Positions 61,401 through 64,000 of a DNA stretch of 64,000 nucleotides are shown here, piece by piece. A program made the translations under genes and the position numbers. The stretch comes from Selaginella moellendorffii (Eukaryota > Plantae > Lycopodiophyta), in the NCBI RefSeq assembly GCF_000143415.4, contig NW_003314291.1, positions 1,220,517-1,284,516 on the forward strand. Direction: 5' to 3'. Every line of letters begins with the position of its first letter. Position 1 is the first letter of the stretch. The notes under the pieces were generated by a model. The model worked only from the letters and a program-made list of their open reading frames with translations, searched no databases and was not told where the DNA came from.

Positions 61401-64000
61401 CTTTCCGAAGGATTTGCCACCAGGGCTACCCCCTAGCCGTGAGGTTGATCATCGGATTGAGGTTAATCCGGGTTCTAAACCACCTACGAAAGCTCCGTAT
61501 CGGTTGAACATCAAAGAGATGGCTGAACTCAAGAAGCAACTCATGGAGCTTCTTGACAAAGGTCATATCCGACCCAGCAAGTCACCTTATGGAGCACCAA
61601 TCCTTTTTGTTATGAAAAAGGATGGAACCATGAGGATGTGTATTGACTATCGGGCACTCAACAAGATCACGGTCAAGAACAGTTATCCTTTGCCTCGCAT
61701 TGATGACTTGTTTGACCAACTCTTAAAGGCTAAGTATTTTACACGACTTGATTTGCGGTCCGGGTATCATCAGATACGGGTGGCGGATCAGGATGTGGAG
61801 AAGACAGCCTTTAAGACTCGGTACGGATCTTATGAGTTCCTTGTCATGCCATTTGGGTTATGCAATGCTCTGGTAACGTTCAGCACTATGATGGATAGAA
61901 TATTCGGAGATTATTTGGACGCATTTGTTGTCCTATACATCGACGATGTTTTAGTCTTCAGCGAAACGTTGGAGGATCATTTGAAACACTTGGAGCTGGT
62001 GTTTCAAAAGTTGCGTGAACACAAACTGTATGCTAAGGAAAGTAAATGCGCTTTTGGTCAATTGCGTGTAAACTTTCTCGGACATATAGTTGGTGGTGGC
62101 GTGATTGAAGTCGATCCAAAGAAAGTGGAAGCGGTGAAGTCTTGGGAAATCCCGACCACTGTATCAGATGTTCGTTCCTTTCTCGGTTTGGCGGGATACT
62201 ATCGCAAGTTTGTCCGCAATTTTGCAAGGATTGCTCTTCCGTTAACTGAGTTGATGAAGAGTAGTATTCCGTTTCATTGGACACCAGCTTGTCAGCGTGC
62301 TTTTGTACGGTTGAAGGAGATCTTGACTACGGTTCCTGTTCTCAGGATCCCAGATCTTGATAAACCCTTCGAAGTGCATTGTGATGCGTCTAGCTATGCT
62401 ATTGGTGCCATGTTGCAGCAAGATTGTGACAAAGCGGTTGGTGTTACGCTAAGGCGACATGGTTGTCTCGTTGCGTTTTATTCCAAGAAATTGGATGAAA
62501 CCCAACGAAGATGGCCAACGCATGAGAAAGAGATGTTTGCTATAGTGTCGGCCCTGGAACACTGGAGACACTACTTGGGTGGACACACCAAGGTTTATAC
62601 AGATAGTAACACACTAAGCTACTTTGCTACGCAGCCTAAGCTTACGCCGAAGCAGGCTCGTTGGCAAGAGAAGCTTGCTAGATATGATATTGAAATCATA
62701 TATAAACCTGGTAAAGACAATATTGTTCCGGATGTGTTGAGTCGTCAAGCTCAATTCCGGGCAATATCGGCAATCAGTTCGGACTGGTTGGAAGACGTTC
62801 AGGCTTCATATGGAAGTGATCTATTGGCGAAGGCAATCTTATGCCGTGCGGGGTTGTTGAAGCAGAGCCCTGGTAGCGAAGCAGCAAAAGTTGCTAGTCG
62901 CACTAGTGCGAAACTTCACTTCTCAGTTCGGGATGGGCTTATATTCTATAAGCAAGAAAGATTGTATCTTCCCTCTAAGGATCTCCAGCAGTTATTTTTG
63001 CGGGAACATCATGATGTTCCAGCAGCGGGACATGGTGGACAGCGAAAGACGCTAGCTTCGTTGAAAAAGGGATTTTTCTGGTCTGGTATGGAAGGTGATG
63101 TAGTGGACTATGTCCGTTCCTGCCCTATATGCCAGCAATGTAAGCGCAAAGCTGAGAAGCAGGCTGGAAAGTTGCAGTGCATTCCAGCACCGGCATAGCC
63201 ATTTCAAAGTGTGACACTTGATTTCGTCACTTGTTTGCCGAAGTCTAAAGGTTATGATACTTTGATGGTGGTTGTGGATCGGTTGTCGAAGATTGCACAC
63301 TTCATTCCAATTGTGGGAACAGTGAATGCGAAACAAGCAGCAAAGCTCTTTTTCCATGAAGTAGTGCGAGTTCGTGGTCTTCCCGAAGAGATGATCTCGG
63401 ATAGGGATTCGAGATTTACGGGGAAGTTTTGGGGCAGACTGTTCCAGTTGTTTGGTACCAAGTTAAAGTTTAGTACGGCTTATCATCCTCAGACTGATGG
63501 GCAGACCGAACGTGTAAATGCTCAAGTTGAGGATTATCTGCGGTACTATGTCGCGGCGGACCAACGCGACTGGGTTGAGCATTTGGATACAGCAGAAATA
63601 TGTTATAACAACACATTTCACAGCGCTATAGGCTGTTCTCCATGGGAGATGCTGCAAGGGAATGCTCGTGGGGTTCCTCAACAGATTGTTGTACCGAAAC
63701 CAATGTCCGAGGTGTTGGTCCCAGCCGTTGAGACTTATGCGGAGCAGCTACGCCAAGGTTGATCTAGAGCTACTGAGGCGATGGGCAAAGCTCAAGATAG
63801 GTATCGACGTGATAAGGATCAACATCGTCAGGATGTATCCTATCAAGTGGGAGATCAGGTGTGGCTATCTTCCCGAAACTTGAACATTAAGGGTTCTTTG
63901 TCTCGGAAGCTCTTGCCGAGATATGTTGGACCCTATCGGGTGCTAAAACGCATTGGTGATGTATCCTACGGTTGGATCTGCCTGTGGAGATGTCCAATGT
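58448..64000 (+). mobile_element. Young Ty3/gypsy family B element (chromovirus-like), running off the window end
   Basis: 5' LTR 58448-59368 (TGTCGCG...GGTGCGCTACA). PBS TGGTATCAGAG (tRNA-iMet) 59371-59381. Single-frame gag-pol: [24 protein letters not shown], RNase H, HHCC/DDE, YVGPY. A chromodomain, if present, lies beyond 64000. Confidence 0.95.
59542..64000 (+). pseudogene. gag-pol polyprotein of family B with three in-frame stops (60172, 63196, 63760)
   Basis: ORF segments 59359-60174, 60187-63198 and 63211-63762 share one frame, and coding continues past each stop. Confidence 0.9.

Overview
Eukaryotic plant nuclear DNA. It is most likely a lycophyte such as Selaginella moellendorffii, inferred from ~50-60 nt introns, dense GC-rich gene islands, many PLS-class PPR remnants and the NIP type. 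One compact gene island (~4-26.7 kb) holds an F-box pseudogene, a PPR pseudogene, a PhyH-like dioxygenase pseudogene, two tandem NIP aquaporins, an At5g08440/At5g23490-like coiled-coil protein, a triple LEA_2/WHy protein, a pectin methylesterase, a penta-EF-hand protein, an RLCK-VII kinase and another PPR pseudogene. A second small island (44-48 kb) holds a PPR pseudogene and a DAD1-like phospholipase A1. The rest is nested LTR retrotransposon sequence: a compact 4.9 kb Ty3/gypsy 'family A' (174 bp LTRs, 4 bp TSD, non-Met PBS), several copies of a larger Met-primed Ty3/gypsy 'family B', a 674 bp TRIM and solo LTRs. The most interesting signals are: (1) a G_GGA_AAC slippery site plus a predicted H-type pseudoknot joining gag to pol in family A; (2) a TRIM whose LTR termini match family B, suggesting an autonomous/non-autonomous pair; (3) two apparent one-ended LTR integrations with abnormal target duplications (13 bp and ~770 bp, the latter duplicating a lipase gene fragment); (4) strongly directional C>T/G>A decay of repeats, much of it outside CpG; (5) a NIP pair with an A-N-A-R filter and NPV versus NPC motifs. 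All calls are by eye, without database searches.
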